Source: Histomonas meleagridis 2922-C6/04-290x (taxonomy: Eukaryota; Protista; Parabasalia). Taken from it: DNA of 64,000 bases. The stretch is taken from positions 292,877-356,876 of the forward strand of contig JAANOX010000035.1 in NCBI GenBank assembly GCA_020184695.1. Reading direction: 5' to 3'. Numbering within the stretch: position 1 is the stretch's first letter; every line of letters begins with the position of its first letter. The notes beneath the pieces are model-generated. The model ran no database searches. It was not told where the DNA came from and saw nothing but the letters and a program-made list of their open reading frames with translations. This document shows positions 53,517 to 64,000 of this stretch, in pieces. The position numbers and the translations under genes were made by a program.

Positions 53517-56006
53517 TCAATACAACAGCTGTGATTTTCTTCTTAATGATAGTGACATAAACCTCTTCTTTTCACCCTCAATCTTAGAGAACATTGTATT
53601 CACTGATGTCTTCTTCTTTAAGAATTGTTCTATTTCAGTTACAACATGAATATGTCTATTATTTGCACCACTTTTAGCTATTTCTAATGATTTCTTCATT
53701 TTGAAATTTGCGATTGAAAAAAGCATTTCAAGGTTACTTTGATCTTTGTTATATCTAAAGTAATATAAAATTAACTTAAAAACTTCGATAATTTTCCTCC
53801 AATTTGTAGATGGAATTAATAGAGCAATTCTTCTAAAAAGAAATTGATCATGAACTAAAGCAGAAAACACTTTTGGATGGTGTGTTATGATATCTCGAAA
53901 TACTTTAAACGCAGCAATTTGAACATCTAATTCACCAAATTGACCCATAAGTTGAATTAGTGTATCCATTATAAGTTGATATTGCTTAAAAAAGAGACCT
54001 GATGAGCGATGGAAGATAAGCTGCTTCATACATTTAAGCATTGTAACCTTTGCTAAAGATGTTTGAGATATACAAAGAGCCGAAAACACCACCGATTCCA
54101 GTTGAGACAATTGATTTTCATAATTCTTTTTCTTGTTATGATTAAGGATTCTCTTACAAAACTTAAAAATGGAATAAAGTAATCGATAAGTTCCATCATT
54201 TGGTTGAACATTGTTTGTAATTCCCGAGACAAACAATAACAACCAATTAAGTTCATTAGCTGGAGAACTACTTCTAATCTTAGTTAACATTAAGTTCTCT
54301 AAGAATCGTATCATTTCAGGATTGTCATCGACTTTATGCCAGTTCAGATTTTCGACGGATAATGCGAAATTCTCTATAAGTAATATACGGATTGGATCAC
54401 TGACTAATACTCTGTTAGAAAACTGAAGAAAAACTTTCGGAGACCGTTTGGCCAATTCAGAGAGTCTGTCAAAAATCGACGGTTCCATTTCACGTAACAT
54501 TACAGGTACATCGTTTACACCTGATGAAATAATTAAATACACGAAATTGTATACAACATAATCATTGTCAATGCTACTGATTGATTTGATGATTTCAGTC
54601 ATATTTAACTTTAAAAACATTTCCGCTGGTTGAGCTAGCATCTCTATACTCTTTTGAAAAAACTCATATCCGCCTTCGTAATAAAACAATGGTTCCTTAT
54701 AAAAATTACTTAAGTGGATACAAATATGTAATACCAAAAATATATTTTGAATGGTAGATATAACACCAGAACTTTCTCCAAAGATTTTGGATTCAATTTG
54801 GAAATAAGGAACAAAGTTCTTTTGGTTATCACAAAAATCCGTAAATACTAAATACACCTGATAGAAAAGTGATACGTTACCCAAAATCGCTTGACAAAAC
54901 ATTTTTTTGCTTCCAAACAATTGATAAAAAGCATTAAATATTTGATATCGACAATCAAAGCTTTTTGTCATTTGATACAAATGGATAAAACCTTTCAGAA
55001 TTTTGATCTCATCAATTTGCGCCGAAGTTATATTCAAAACTTCGTTTGCTTTTGTGTTCATAATACCTCTGAATATCATTCTGTAAGACGATGGTTCCGT
55101 TAATCCGTATTTGATGTAATCGTTAATAATTACTTCGCATTGTCCTTTGTTACGAAGCGCTGACACTGGCAAAAGATAATACTTCTGACGGAGAATTGTC
55201 GATGAATATCCAGCAGAAAGACTGCATAAACTTTTGGTGAGGATTGGGGCACTCAATGGTCCGACGGTTTGGACCCCAAACGGTTTTTGGTGTTCTTCTT
55301 CTTTTGTTTTTGATGTGTTTTGTTTGTACGGCTTCTTTGGGTTTTCTTCTGTTAAGCCAAGGATAGACCGAAACTCTGTGGGGTGATAAGGAATTTTTTC
55401 GACTGTGTTAGCAATTTGATACCATTTTTCAGCCGCAATTGTAAATTCTTCAAATGAGTCATACATCTCAGGGATTGGAAATTGTGGGATAAGGTCTTCA
55501 CTCCAAAGATGTTCATTTTGAATATCATTTAGTGAATCTATTGTATCATTTAAGGGAACCGAATTAGCATAATTAAGAACAGAAATTAATGGAGAATTAC
55601 TAACAGAACTCGAAAAAATCGCAGAAGAGCCCGATTTGTATGGCTGAGATTTTCGATATCTTCCTGCCATTGTTTTCGTTCTGTTACGCATAGGAAAAAA
55701 ACTTCTCTGTTCTATGGGTGGCATAGGCCCTCTTTTGGGAAATGGATAAAGGAAGCATTGAGGATTTGGTAATACGAAATATGATCTTAAATTGTTATAA
55801 CGTTTGTAAAAATTATAAACAGCATAAGTGTTTTCTAAGCCTGATTCCTCGGGAAGTTCTTCTGGATTCGCTTCAATGGGAATATCAAGTGGCTCAAAAT
55901 ATTTAGAATAAACTTGCCCATCAGCCCCAACGAATATTGGGTCCGTGCTGTTGTGCGGTATATCTTTATCTTCGCTGTTGGGATCTGGTTCTTCTTCTTT
56001 CTGCAT
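53517..56006 (-). CDS. Hypothetical protein (829 aa) with Pro-rich N-terminus and helical-repeat C-terminal half
   Basis: Long ATG ORF preceded by an Inr; family not recognised. Confidence 0.82.
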   Translation of the reverse strand: MQKEEEPDPNSEDKDIPHNSTDPIFVGADGQVYSKYFEPLDIPIEANPEELPEESGLENTYAVYNFYKRYNNLRSYFVLPNPQCFLYPFPKRGPMPPIEQRSFFPMRNRTKTMAGRYRKSQPYKSGSSAIFSSSVSNSPLISVLNYANSVPLNDTIDSLNDIQNEHLWSEDLIPQFPIPEMYDSFEEFTIAAEKWYQIANTVEKIPYHPTEFRSILGLTEENPKKPYKQNTSKTKEEEHQKPFGVQTVGPLSAPILTKSLCSLSAGYSSTILRQKYYLLPVSALRNKGQCEVIINDYIKYGLTEPSSYRMIFRGIMNTKANEVLNITSAQIDEIKILKGFIHLYQMTKSFDCRYQIFNAFYQLFGSKKMFCQAILGNVSLFYQVYLVFTDFCDNQKNFVPYFQIESKIFGESSGVISTIQNIFLVLHICIHLSNFYKEPLFYYEGGYEFFQKSIEMLAQPAEMFLKLNMTEIIKSISSIDNDYVVYNFVYLIISSGVNDVPVMLREMEPSIFDRLSELAKRSPKVFLQFSNRVLVSDPIRILLIENFALSVENLNWHKVDDNPEMIRFLENLMLTKIRSSSPANELNWLLLFVSGITNNVQPNDGTYRLLYSIFKFCKRILNHNKKKNYENQLSQLESVVFSALCISQTSLAKVTMLKCMKQLIFHRSSGLFFKQYQLIMDTLIQLMGQFGELDVQIAAFKVFRDIITHHPKVFSALVHDQFLFRRIALLIPSTNWRKIIEVFKLILYYFRYNKDQSNLEMLFSIANFKMKKSLEIAKSGANNRHIHVVTEIEQFLKKKTSVNTMFSKIEGEKKRFMSLSLRRKSQLLY

Positions 56007-56023
56007 CAGTTTTTTTTTTCAAA

Positions 56024-56028
56024 AGTGA
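56024..56028 (-). promoter_or_regulatory. Initiator (Inr) motif TCACT
   Basis: 18 nt upstream of the ATG at 56006. Confidence 0.55.
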
Positions 56029-57634
56029 CAAATGCAAAAATGTATCCTTTTGAATATCCCCCAACATGACTTTCAAAAAGTCAAAAAATTTGGGTTTTTT
56101 TCAATTGAAATTTTTCGTTTTACCGCGCGAGGCAGTAAAAGTGACATATCGTTTTGTGCATTGTAACAGTTGTGTAAGAGTGAAAAAAAATATGTTCAAG
56201 TCTGATATTGAATTTGTTATTTAGGTACTTTAGTAAAAATATAATTTCGTATTTTATTAAATAAAAAATTGAAATCGCAAATTTAGAAAATTGAAAATTA
56301 ATGCGCTATAACAACAATTGTGATACTGTCCAAATCAGCATTCATAAAATAATGGGATAAATTAAATTTACAGATTATTGAAAAATCTGTTTCATATTTC
56401 TTTACTTTCCGAAATTATTAATGTGTTAAATTAATTAATATATTTGTGCAAATATGGTTAAATATTTTATTAGAACTTTAACTATGTAATTAATAAATAA
56501 TTTGATATTTGTTTAACGAACAGGCGGTGAATAAATTGAAATGAATTAGCTAATATTGCATTATTAAATGGTTCGATATATTTGATTATGACATTGAACT
56601 TATTATGTTTGGAAGCTTGACTTCTGAATACTTAATTCTTGTTGTTTGTCATAGAATGCTCTAATGCAAAAAAATATTCGTTAGCAATAGATAGAAGATA
56701 TTAAGTGATCATGTAAGTTTTGTATGAATTATATTTTGTGCTTGTGATAAATTTGAATGTTAATAATATTGAGTTCGGATGTAAATATGAATATATATTA
56801 ATTATAAAAAATTAGTGCCCATATACGAAGGATGTGGTGCATTCCTTATGTAAGAGACTAAACTGTTTTCAATATTTACGATCTATGATGATACGATCTA
56901 ATTCTTTGAAGCTGAGCTAATCAACAAGATATACATCGGCATGATTAAATATATTCTTCCACTCAAGTAAATTATAAAAAACATTTCAATAGTTGAAAAT
57001 TAACATAATACAATAAAAATATTAAAATTAACATGAAATTGATTTTATTTAAAGTTAATATATTAATATTAATATGATTTCATATGAAATAAATAATAAA
57101 CCGAAATGTTAAGTTTAGCGCAATCTTAAATCCATTGGCCATTTACATCTGCGTTCATTGAATTCTTTTTTACTTTGAGTTTGAGCGTTTGCAAGTTGAC
57201 TTGATGAAATAGAATTTTTTTTTTTTCGAATAACGAAAACAATACTTCCGGTATTTAAAAGAAATATGAATAGTGAACAGCATATCATTGCAAATAAAGT
57301 ACCCATTGGTGCACCGTTAATATTTCCTTTAGACGTAATTTGTGATATTTTTTCATATAAAATATGTTTATCGATTCTTTAATATGTTTCCTATGTACCA
57401 ACAACTCAAACATAGTCTTTAGCCTCAAAATGCATCGCCTATATAAATAGAAGAAAACGCATATAAATAAATCATAGCGAAATGGGAAAAAATTTCTTCC
57501 GGTCCAAAGTTATTCATTTGGGGAACACGTTTAGGTATTTCTGAGAAAATATGTGACATGACATATGCCAATACATTTGAAAGGTTTTATGTCTGTCACT
57601 AATTGGCCATAACAAAACTGACACAATCTCTGAA

Positions 57635-60421
57635 ATGGCCTCAAGAAATTCCCCAAGCGAACTTGCTCTCTCCCAATCGCAGCACCTTGACGCCACCGGT
57701 TACAAGGACCAAGCGCTCGAAGTTTTAAACGATTATTTCTCAAAGCTTCGTATCCGTTCCTGGGATCCCGTTCATGATCGATTAGCCCAACTTGCGCTCA
57801 AGCTCTCAGCGGAACTCCACCAGCCGACGAAAGCGCTTCATTCGTACATTCGTCTTTCAGTTGACTATGCCTTAGATACACTTCCGACATCGCTCCAATC
57901 GTACATCAACAACTGCAACGCCAAAATCAAAGAGGAACAAACGCGTGCGGAAGGCGAAGAAAAGAAATGTGCGTCTCCATTACTTGCACATGTTGATTTG
58001 CCCCGCCTTTTAAGTGAATCCATTGTCAAACCAGTGATTGATTTCCTTTTCGATGCGATACGTCAAATCCTTAATGAGCTTGTCAAGCAAGTATCGAAGT
58101 ATGATGATTTGTATCATTCGATTGTTAAGCAAGCGTTCCAATTCTGTGTCCAATACAATCGCCCAGAAGATGTAGAGAAGTTTTCAAACGACTTAAGTTA
58201 TTATCGAAGTTATAATGATTTGATGGGTCCGTCTGCATTAAAATTCATTGATTCCCAATACGCGCGTTACAAAGCGGCGTTCGAACTTAAGCTTTTCAAC
58301 CAGGCGCTCCAAGCATTGTCAGAAGCGAATGAGTTCATTAAGAAAGATAATGTTCCGTTAGATCTTCGCGAGAAAATCGAAGTTGCAAAACATACGCTGT
58401 TACAGAAAGGAGAGTATAAACTTTTCACTGCCATTCAGCATGAAAACCTTTATACATTTTATAAGGAATCGAAACTTGAGCCACCAATACCACTCCAACA
58501 AATGGCGAATATTATACTCATTGAGACAGCGACGTCACCATTAAATGCTTCTGATTATGACTTACCAACAGAGATTAGTTTCACCAACTTCTTAAATCAA
58601 TCAGATATTCCAAGACGTTCAGATTTAATTAATCGTCTTATCGAAAAACTTTTAAGTTCTCCACATGATAAATGTACCACATTGTTAATTGAATTAATAT
58701 CAGTTGCTGAAACAGGTTCAGATCCATTTGAAATCTGTGAGAAATTCATTGAGTTTAAGAAGGAATTTTCGAATGAACAATACTTCAAAGAATATGAAGA
58801 AAGTCTTTCATCTTATGCAGCATTAAGAGCAATCCAAAGTATTCGTAATCATTATTTAACAATTGAATTCGAAGAACTTTCATCAATAATTTCTTGGTTA
58901 CCAATCGAAAAGATTCAATCGATCATTATTAGTGCTGCACGTCATTCATTAATACCTGCACATATTAATCTTAAGGATAAATCTGTCGATTTCCGTCCTC
59001 GTGGTAATCAATGTTTACAAAATTCTTTATCGCCACTTAATGATCAACTTTGTAATATATTTGATGAATTCCAAAAGATTAAGCGTAATCTTCCCGAAGA
59101 TTTCACTAAGAAATCAAGTCGTCTTTATAATGGCGAAATTTATATGACTGAAGAAGAATTCATTAAACGTAAGAAGACTCTCGAGGAAAGAACTTTGAAA
59201 CAGAAAATGGAACAAAAAAGAATTGAACTTGAAGAGAATAAACGTCGTGAAAAGCATCAAAAAATGCTTGAAGATGAAGAAAGACGTAAACGTGAAGAAG
59301 AAAAGAAGAAGAAAGAAATCCGTGATAAACGTGAAGCTGAATTTAACTTTGCATATACTGAAGCAAAACTTATAGCGCGTGATAATGAAATTAATTTCGA
59401 TTCCTTCTTACAAGAAACTGATGAAAATACTCCAAATCATACCGGTAAATCTAAAAGTGATGATCTTGAATGGATTAAATATAAGAATCATCAAATTAAA
59501 GTGAAAGCTATCGAAGAAATGCGTTCAGAAAGTGATATAATCGCTAAGAAGATGAGTCTCGTTAAAGAGAAAATTGGTAAAGAAAGAATCCTTGAAAGAC
59601 TTGCGCAAAAACATATGCTTGAACAAAGATATGAAGGTGAAGCACCACTTATCCAAAAGTTACTTGTCTTCCAAAATAAACAACGCGCAAAGAATAACGC
59701 AGATGAATTGGCTGAATATGAAAAGATGTGTAACGTTTGTAAGGAATTACAACCAATATATGAAGCATTCGTGATCCAAACAAGAAAAGAAATGCAAGAA
59801 GCTTCTGGACTTGGATCAAAGTTACAACCTGCTATGCCTCTTATGGGTGTCTTACAACAGCCTCCTGTTGAGAAACAACCTGTTGAAGAAAAGAAGGAAG
59901 ATGAAGTTAAAGAAGAAGAAAAGAAGGAAGAAGAGAAGAAAGAAGATGTTAAAGAAGAAGAAAAGAAGGAAGAAGAGAAGAAACCAGCTCCATACCAACC
60001 ACCGACTTCTAAACCAGCTCCTTATCAACCACCAACTTCTAAACCAGCTCCATATCAACCACCAACTTCTAAACCAGCTCCTTACCAACCACCTACTTCT
60101 AAACCAGCTCCATACCAACCATCTACTGATAGGAAACCATCAGGTGATAGAAGACCATATGGTCCACCAAGAAGAAATGATGACAATGATAATAATAGAC
60201 CATATAGAAACAACAGAGGTGGAAGAGGAGGAGATAATCGTCAACAAAATGAAGGACGCTCTCCAAATGAAAGGTTTGGAGGACTCAACAGAGGTCAAGG
60301 CGATAGACAACAAGGTGGTAGAGGAAGTAACCAAGGAAATAGAGGAGGACGTGGATATAACTTTGGCCAAAACAGACAACAACAAAGTGCTGCTTCTAGA
60401 TTTGGATCAATTAGCAAATAA
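57635..60421 (+). CDS. EIF3A: Translation initiation factor eIF3 subunit A
   Basis: N-terminus PSELALSQSQHLDATGYKDQALEVLNDYF...RIRSWDP resembles eIF3a/Tif32; PCI winged-helix segment (TIEFEELSSII...IPAHINLKDKSVDF), long charged coiled coil, RG-rich tail. Confidence 0.8.
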   Translation: MASRNSPSELALSQSQHLDATGYKDQALEVLNDYFSKLRIRSWDPVHDRLAQLALKLSAELHQPTKALHSYIRLSVDYALDTLPTSLQSYINNCNAKIKEEQTRAEGEEKKCASPLLAHVDLPRLLSESIVKPVIDFLFDAIRQILNELVKQVSKYDDLYHSIVKQAFQFCVQYNRPEDVEKFSNDLSYYRSYNDLMGPSALKFIDSQYARYKAAFELKLFNQALQALSEANEFIKKDNVPLDLREKIEVAKHTLLQKGEYKLFTAIQHENLYTFYKESKLEPPIPLQQMANIILIETATSPLNASDYDLPTEISFTNFLNQSDIPRRSDLINRLIEKLLSSPHDKCTTLLIELISVAETGSDPFEICEKFIEFKKEFSNEQYFKEYEESLSSYAALRAIQSIRNHYLTIEFEELSSIISWLPIEKIQSIIISAARHSLIPAHINLKDKSVDFRPRGNQCLQNSLSPLNDQLCNIFDEFQKIKRNLPEDFTKKSSRLYNGEIYMTEEEFIKRKKTLEERTLKQKMEQKRIELEENKRREKHQKMLEDEERRKREEEKKKKEIRDKREAEFNFAYTEAKLIARDNEINFDSFLQETDENTPNHTGKSKSDDLEWIKYKNHQIKVKAIEEMRSESDIIAKKMSLVKEKIGKERILERLAQKHMLEQRYEGEAPLIQKLLVFQNKQRAKNNADELAEYEKMCNVCKELQPIYEAFVIQTRKEMQEASGLGSKLQPAMPLMGVLQQPPVEKQPVEEKKEDEVKEEEKKEEEKKEDVKEEEKKEEEKKPAPYQPPTSKPAPYQPPTSKPAPYQPPTSKPAPYQPPTSKPAPYQPSTDRKPSGDRRPYGPPRRNDDNDNNRPYRNNRGGRGGDNRQQNEGRSPNERFGGLNRGQGDRQQGGRGSNQGNRGGRGYNFGQNRQQQSAASRFGSISK
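59981..60130 (+). repeat. Five 30-nt coding repeats (KPAPYQPPTS) in eIF3a
   Basis: Units start at 59981, 60011, 60041, 60071 and 60101 with synonymous differences; the fifth ends QPSTD. Confidence 0.9.
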
Positions 60422-60520
60422 TCAATTAATAAATCAAAACTTTGATGCAAGATTTGAATGAAACGGTTTAATTCAAAATTAAAAATATTTTTAACGGTTG
60501 TTTATGAAACAAAATTTGTT

Positions 60521-61705
60521 TTAATGATCAACTTCTGAAACTAATAATTGGATTTGATGAATCAATTTTTTGCTTATATTATTAAACTCATTTTGTTGAT
60601 TTGATAATCCAAATTGATTTTCTTTCATTTTTGTGTTGTTCTCTAATTTTTGTTTCATTAAATTTATTTTTTGTTTAAGTTGTTCATTTTCTTTTTTATA
60701 TAAAATTATTTCTTTTTCAAAGCTTGAGCTATTTGTTGTTATATTTGAAGCAAGAGAGTTTTGTAATTGGATTGTCTTTTTGTATAATTTTACATTATTT
60801 TCTCTCAGTTTCTTATTTTCACTTTGAAGATTATGAATAATTTGATCAACATTTTCATTGTTATAATTTTGTTTATCTTTTATATGCTCTTTAACAACTT
60901 TTTTCATTTCTTTATTTCTTTGAATCATTTCATGATTTCCTTCAATAGCTTCTTTAATTTTTTGCTTTAAATTGATATTTTCAAGTTGAAGATATTTAAT
61001 TACTTCGTTTTGTTTTTGATTTTTTATCTTTAGTTCATCATTTTCTTTAAGTAGAATTTTGTTATTATTATTTTCTTTTATTAATGAAAGTTCTTTTATA
61101 AGATTATCATTTTCTATCTTTAATTGATGAAATTCATTTAATAATGAACTTTGTGTTTTTGGAGATAAAATTGGATTTTGAATATCGTTTTTGATAAATG
61201 AAATTTGAAGTGTTTTATCTTCAAGTTTATCCATTAATCCTTTAGCTTTTTCTTGTAAGTGACTAACTGCTTTACCAAGCTCTTGAACATTTAAATTATA
61301 ATTGTATGAAATAGATGGATTAAGTTTTGATTTTAATTCTTCATTTTCATTTTGCAAATGAATAATAGTTGTTGACCTATTTTCAAGCTTTTGATGAAAT
61401 TTTTGTTGTGTTGCTATTAATTTATTTTGTAAAACAGATATTTGATTCCGAAATTGTTCTTCAATTGTTTTATATAAATGTAACATTTTTACATACTCTT
61501 GATGAATATGAGTGTTCCTTTCTTTAAGAGTATTTATTTCTTTTTGCATCTGTTTCATTTTTTCTTCTTTAATTTTAATTTCATTTTTAAATTGCTCTAT
61601 CTCATTCATTTGATTATTTATAATTCTTTGAATTGTTTTACCTGATTTTGTGCTTGGATTTATTTTTTCGACTTTTAAAACATTGTTTTGATTTTTATTT
61701 TCCAT
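60521..61705 (-). CDS. Coiled-coil hypothetical protein
   Basis: Open frame from the ATG at 61705; N/K/E/Q-rich heptads. Confidence 0.78.
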   Translation of the reverse strand: MENKNQNNVLKVEKINPSTKSGKTIQRIINNQMNEIEQFKNEIKIKEEKMKQMQKEINTLKERNTHIHQEYVKMLHLYKTIEEQFRNQISVLQNKLIATQQKFHQKLENRSTTIIHLQNENEELKSKLNPSISYNYNLNVQELGKAVSHLQEKAKGLMDKLEDKTLQISFIKNDIQNPILSPKTQSSLLNEFHQLKIENDNLIKELSLIKENNNNKILLKENDELKIKNQKQNEVIKYLQLENINLKQKIKEAIEGNHEMIQRNKEMKKVVKEHIKDKQNYNNENVDQIIHNLQSENKKLRENNVKLYKKTIQLQNSLASNITTNSSSFEKEIILYKKENEQLKQKINLMKQKLENNTKMKENQFGLSNQQNEFNNISKKLIHQIQLLVSEVDH

Positions 61706-61880
61706 TTTTGTAAAAAAACAAACGAATATTAATGGGCCACCCCAAAGTTCCAACTCTAAGAAAACAACACTAGTTCATTATAAAGCCATAGATCTCTATG
61801 CTCGTGGCCCACGTAATTTATATCAAGCCTCCCTAGAAAAATACAAGGCATATTATCAATCTACATTTGATACCAATTTA

Positions 61881-62246
61881 ATGTATATATCATCTGACGA
61901 GAGCGAAGCAGATTCAGGTAACGATGCATTACTAGATGAGAATGGCCTTGAAGTTATTCATAATAATTTAGGTGACGATGATGACATCGATTTAGATTTG
62001 GCTGACCAATATAATGGAACCAAAAAACAAGACAAAGCATTAAATGTCAATATGTATGGCCCTCCACAACTTCGTTCATATAGTAATTACACATCTCTTA
62101 CTCATATTGATTGGGATTCATTAAGGTTTGAAAATATACCACATCGAACAATTACGAAGATAATTGATGTATCATTCGCTGAGAATGGCTTAGAAATTAA
62201 CATTAATTGGGAACAACGACTCGATAAGATCAAAGAATTAAAGTGA
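61881..62246 (+). CDS. Small acidic hypothetical protein (121 aa)
   Basis: ATG ORF with D/E-rich N-terminus. Confidence 0.6.
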   Translation: MYISSDESEADSGNDALLDENGLEVIHNNLGDDDDIDLDLADQYNGTKKQDKALNVNMYGPPQLRSYSNYTSLTHIDWDSLRFENIPHRTITKIIDVSFAENGLEININWEQRLDKIKELK

Positions 62247-62512
62247 AAGAAATCCATTGTATATCTTCCTCAATAACAAGTAAGCAAAATAATTTTTTTG
62301 TCTTACATTTATTTGTTAATATAATGGAAATAGATACTTATATGAATATTTAGATTGAAGAATAATAGTAAAATCATATTTAGAAAAGGTATTTTTATTA
62401 ACTTCATGAAACACACATAAGTTAATTAAATAGATTTAAATACTTTTTCATTAATTACAATTTTTGATGAATTTATATTTAATCATGACAAAACCATGTT
62501 GTTGCATATCAA

Positions 62513-64000
62513 TTATTTGTTTCCGCTGAGTATATTAATGATTTCCGTGTAACCTTTTTGAGATGCTAACATAAGTGCTGTTTGAAATAATTTGTTTAAT
62601 TTCCAAATTTTAATAAGTAACATCGAATCATTGAAATAAATTTTAAATACATTAAATAATCATTTTTAGCATTTATATCAATTCCTTTTTGTTCAAGAAG
62701 TAATTTAAGTATATCTGTATTATAATTTTTGGCTGCTAGCATAAGAGCTGTTTCAAATATTTTAAATAATTTCCTAATAACATTACAAAACATCAAATTA
62801 TTTCAGGAAATTTTAAATAAAACAATTTATTATTTTTGGCATTTATATCAATTACATTTTTTTCAAGTAGTAATTTAACAATTTCAATTTGATCTCTATT
62901 AGATGCAATCATTAACATTGTATTAAGTATTTTAAATAATTTCCAAACAATGAAATTCGATATTATTGAAACAAAATGTAGGTAAAACAAATAAACTTCT
63001 TTAACACTAATATCGTTAATTCCTTCTTGTTTAAGAAGCAATAGTGCAAATTTCAGTATAACCTTTTCTAATTGGGTGCAAAACGAGTGGTGTTAAAATT
63101 ATATTAAATAAATTCCAAATTTTACTTAAAAACTTTTATATAGTAAATAAACTTTGAATAAAATATACAAATATTCTTTACATTGATATCAGTTCCTTTC
63201 AATAAGAACATTAGTAATTTCAGTAAAACCTTTTGCGTTGCCAATAGAAGTACTGTTTGAAATATTTTAATTAAATTCCAAACATTAATTTAATACATTC
63301 GATCACGATATTATACAATAATAAAACAAAAATTAAATAAAATGATAATATATTTTTGATATTAACATCAATTCCTTCATAATTAAGAAGTAATTTAACA
63401 ATTTTATAATGTCCTCTTTCACATGCTAAAATAAGTGCTGTTTTAAAAAAATTAAAAAAAATTCTAAATATTATAATGAAATATAATATTAATGAAATAA
63501 AAATTGTATAAAAAAAAAGAAATATTTTGCTCATTGATTTCAATTCCTTTTTCCAGATAATTTCTTTTGACTATTTCAATATAACCTCTTCAGTTGCATA
63601 CATAAGCTGTTTGAAATTCCAGAATAAAACACCAAATAATATTTTGATATATGAAATTAATAAAAGGCAAATTAAATTTAAGCAAACAAATATCTTAATA
63701 TTAAGATCATATTTTCTTTTTTGAATAAGCAAAATGCACATATCAATATAACCTTTTTCAACTGACAGTATAAGCGCTGTTTTTAAATAATTGTAATAAT
63801 TACCAAAAGTTATATTTAACATCAATGAATAAATTCAACCCCAAATTAAAACAAAATTATGTTTTTCTCTATTAATAGCAATTCCTTCTTGTTCAAGAAG
63901 TAATCTTAATATTTCTGATATAACATTTTCCAACGGAAATTATGAGTGCTGTATTAAACACTGAAAGATTTCCAATATTATTTAGAAACAAAAATACAAC
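62513..64000 (-). pseudogene. 3' part of a second spacer-interrupted ankyrin array (partly decayed); runs off the window end
   Basis: Thr codons at 63952, 63780, 63610, 63441, 63256, 63093, 62921, 62751 and 62581 (spacing 172,170,169,185,163,172,170,170). The last module reads TALMLASQKGYTEIINILSGNK-stop. Several upstream modules have small indels within the coding part. Confidence 0.7.

Noticed and set aside
274-63724. Numerous 60-220 aa ORFs overlapping larger genes on the opposite strand or in another frame (for example 3260, 13900, 25144, 30716, 45770, 59811)
   Set aside because: Shadow ORFs of real genes, with no recognisable motifs.
10696-63825. Small ORF-track entries in the arrays (10696, 11094, 62596, 62793, 63271, 63571) as single-ankyrin membrane proteins
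   Set aside because: Their hydrophobic tails are simply translated T-rich spacer; they are fragments of the arrays.

Overview
AT-rich eukaryotic genomic DNA, most likely from a parabasalid protist (Trichomonas/Tritrichomonas/Histomonas group). This is inferred from an IBP39-type initiator-binding-domain gene, DUF3447-like ankyrin genes, an R2R3-Myb, TCAY(T/A) initiator motifs just before ATGs, and long single-exon ORFs; the species cannot be fixed from sequence alone. About 28 mostly uninterrupted protein genes and one tRNA-Ile(GAU) are present. Recognisable products are proteasome beta-1, a divergent dynein heavy chain, a GBP-like GTPase, Myb, IBD, importin-beta-like, a cyclin, peroxiredoxin, CapZ alpha, DUF3228, SDF2-like, E2F-like and eIF3a. 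The most striking feature is that three ankyrin-repeat loci (56-2228 minus, 9305-13698 plus, 62513-64000 minus) are broken at the same structural position, the beta-turn linker between repeats, by T-rich intervening sequences that carry stops or shift frame and cannot be removed in frame as GT-AG introns. In the two long arrays the unit is typically 170 nt (inferred 102 nt coding + 68 nt spacer), with a conserved TGGRAA motif a fixed 24 nt upstream of the ankyrin Thr codon. All 20 coding modules of the 9305-13698 array are stop-free while the spacers are not. This points to an undescribed class of non-canonical introns or another RNA/translation-level joining mechanism. All family assignments come from motif recognition by eye; no searches were run.
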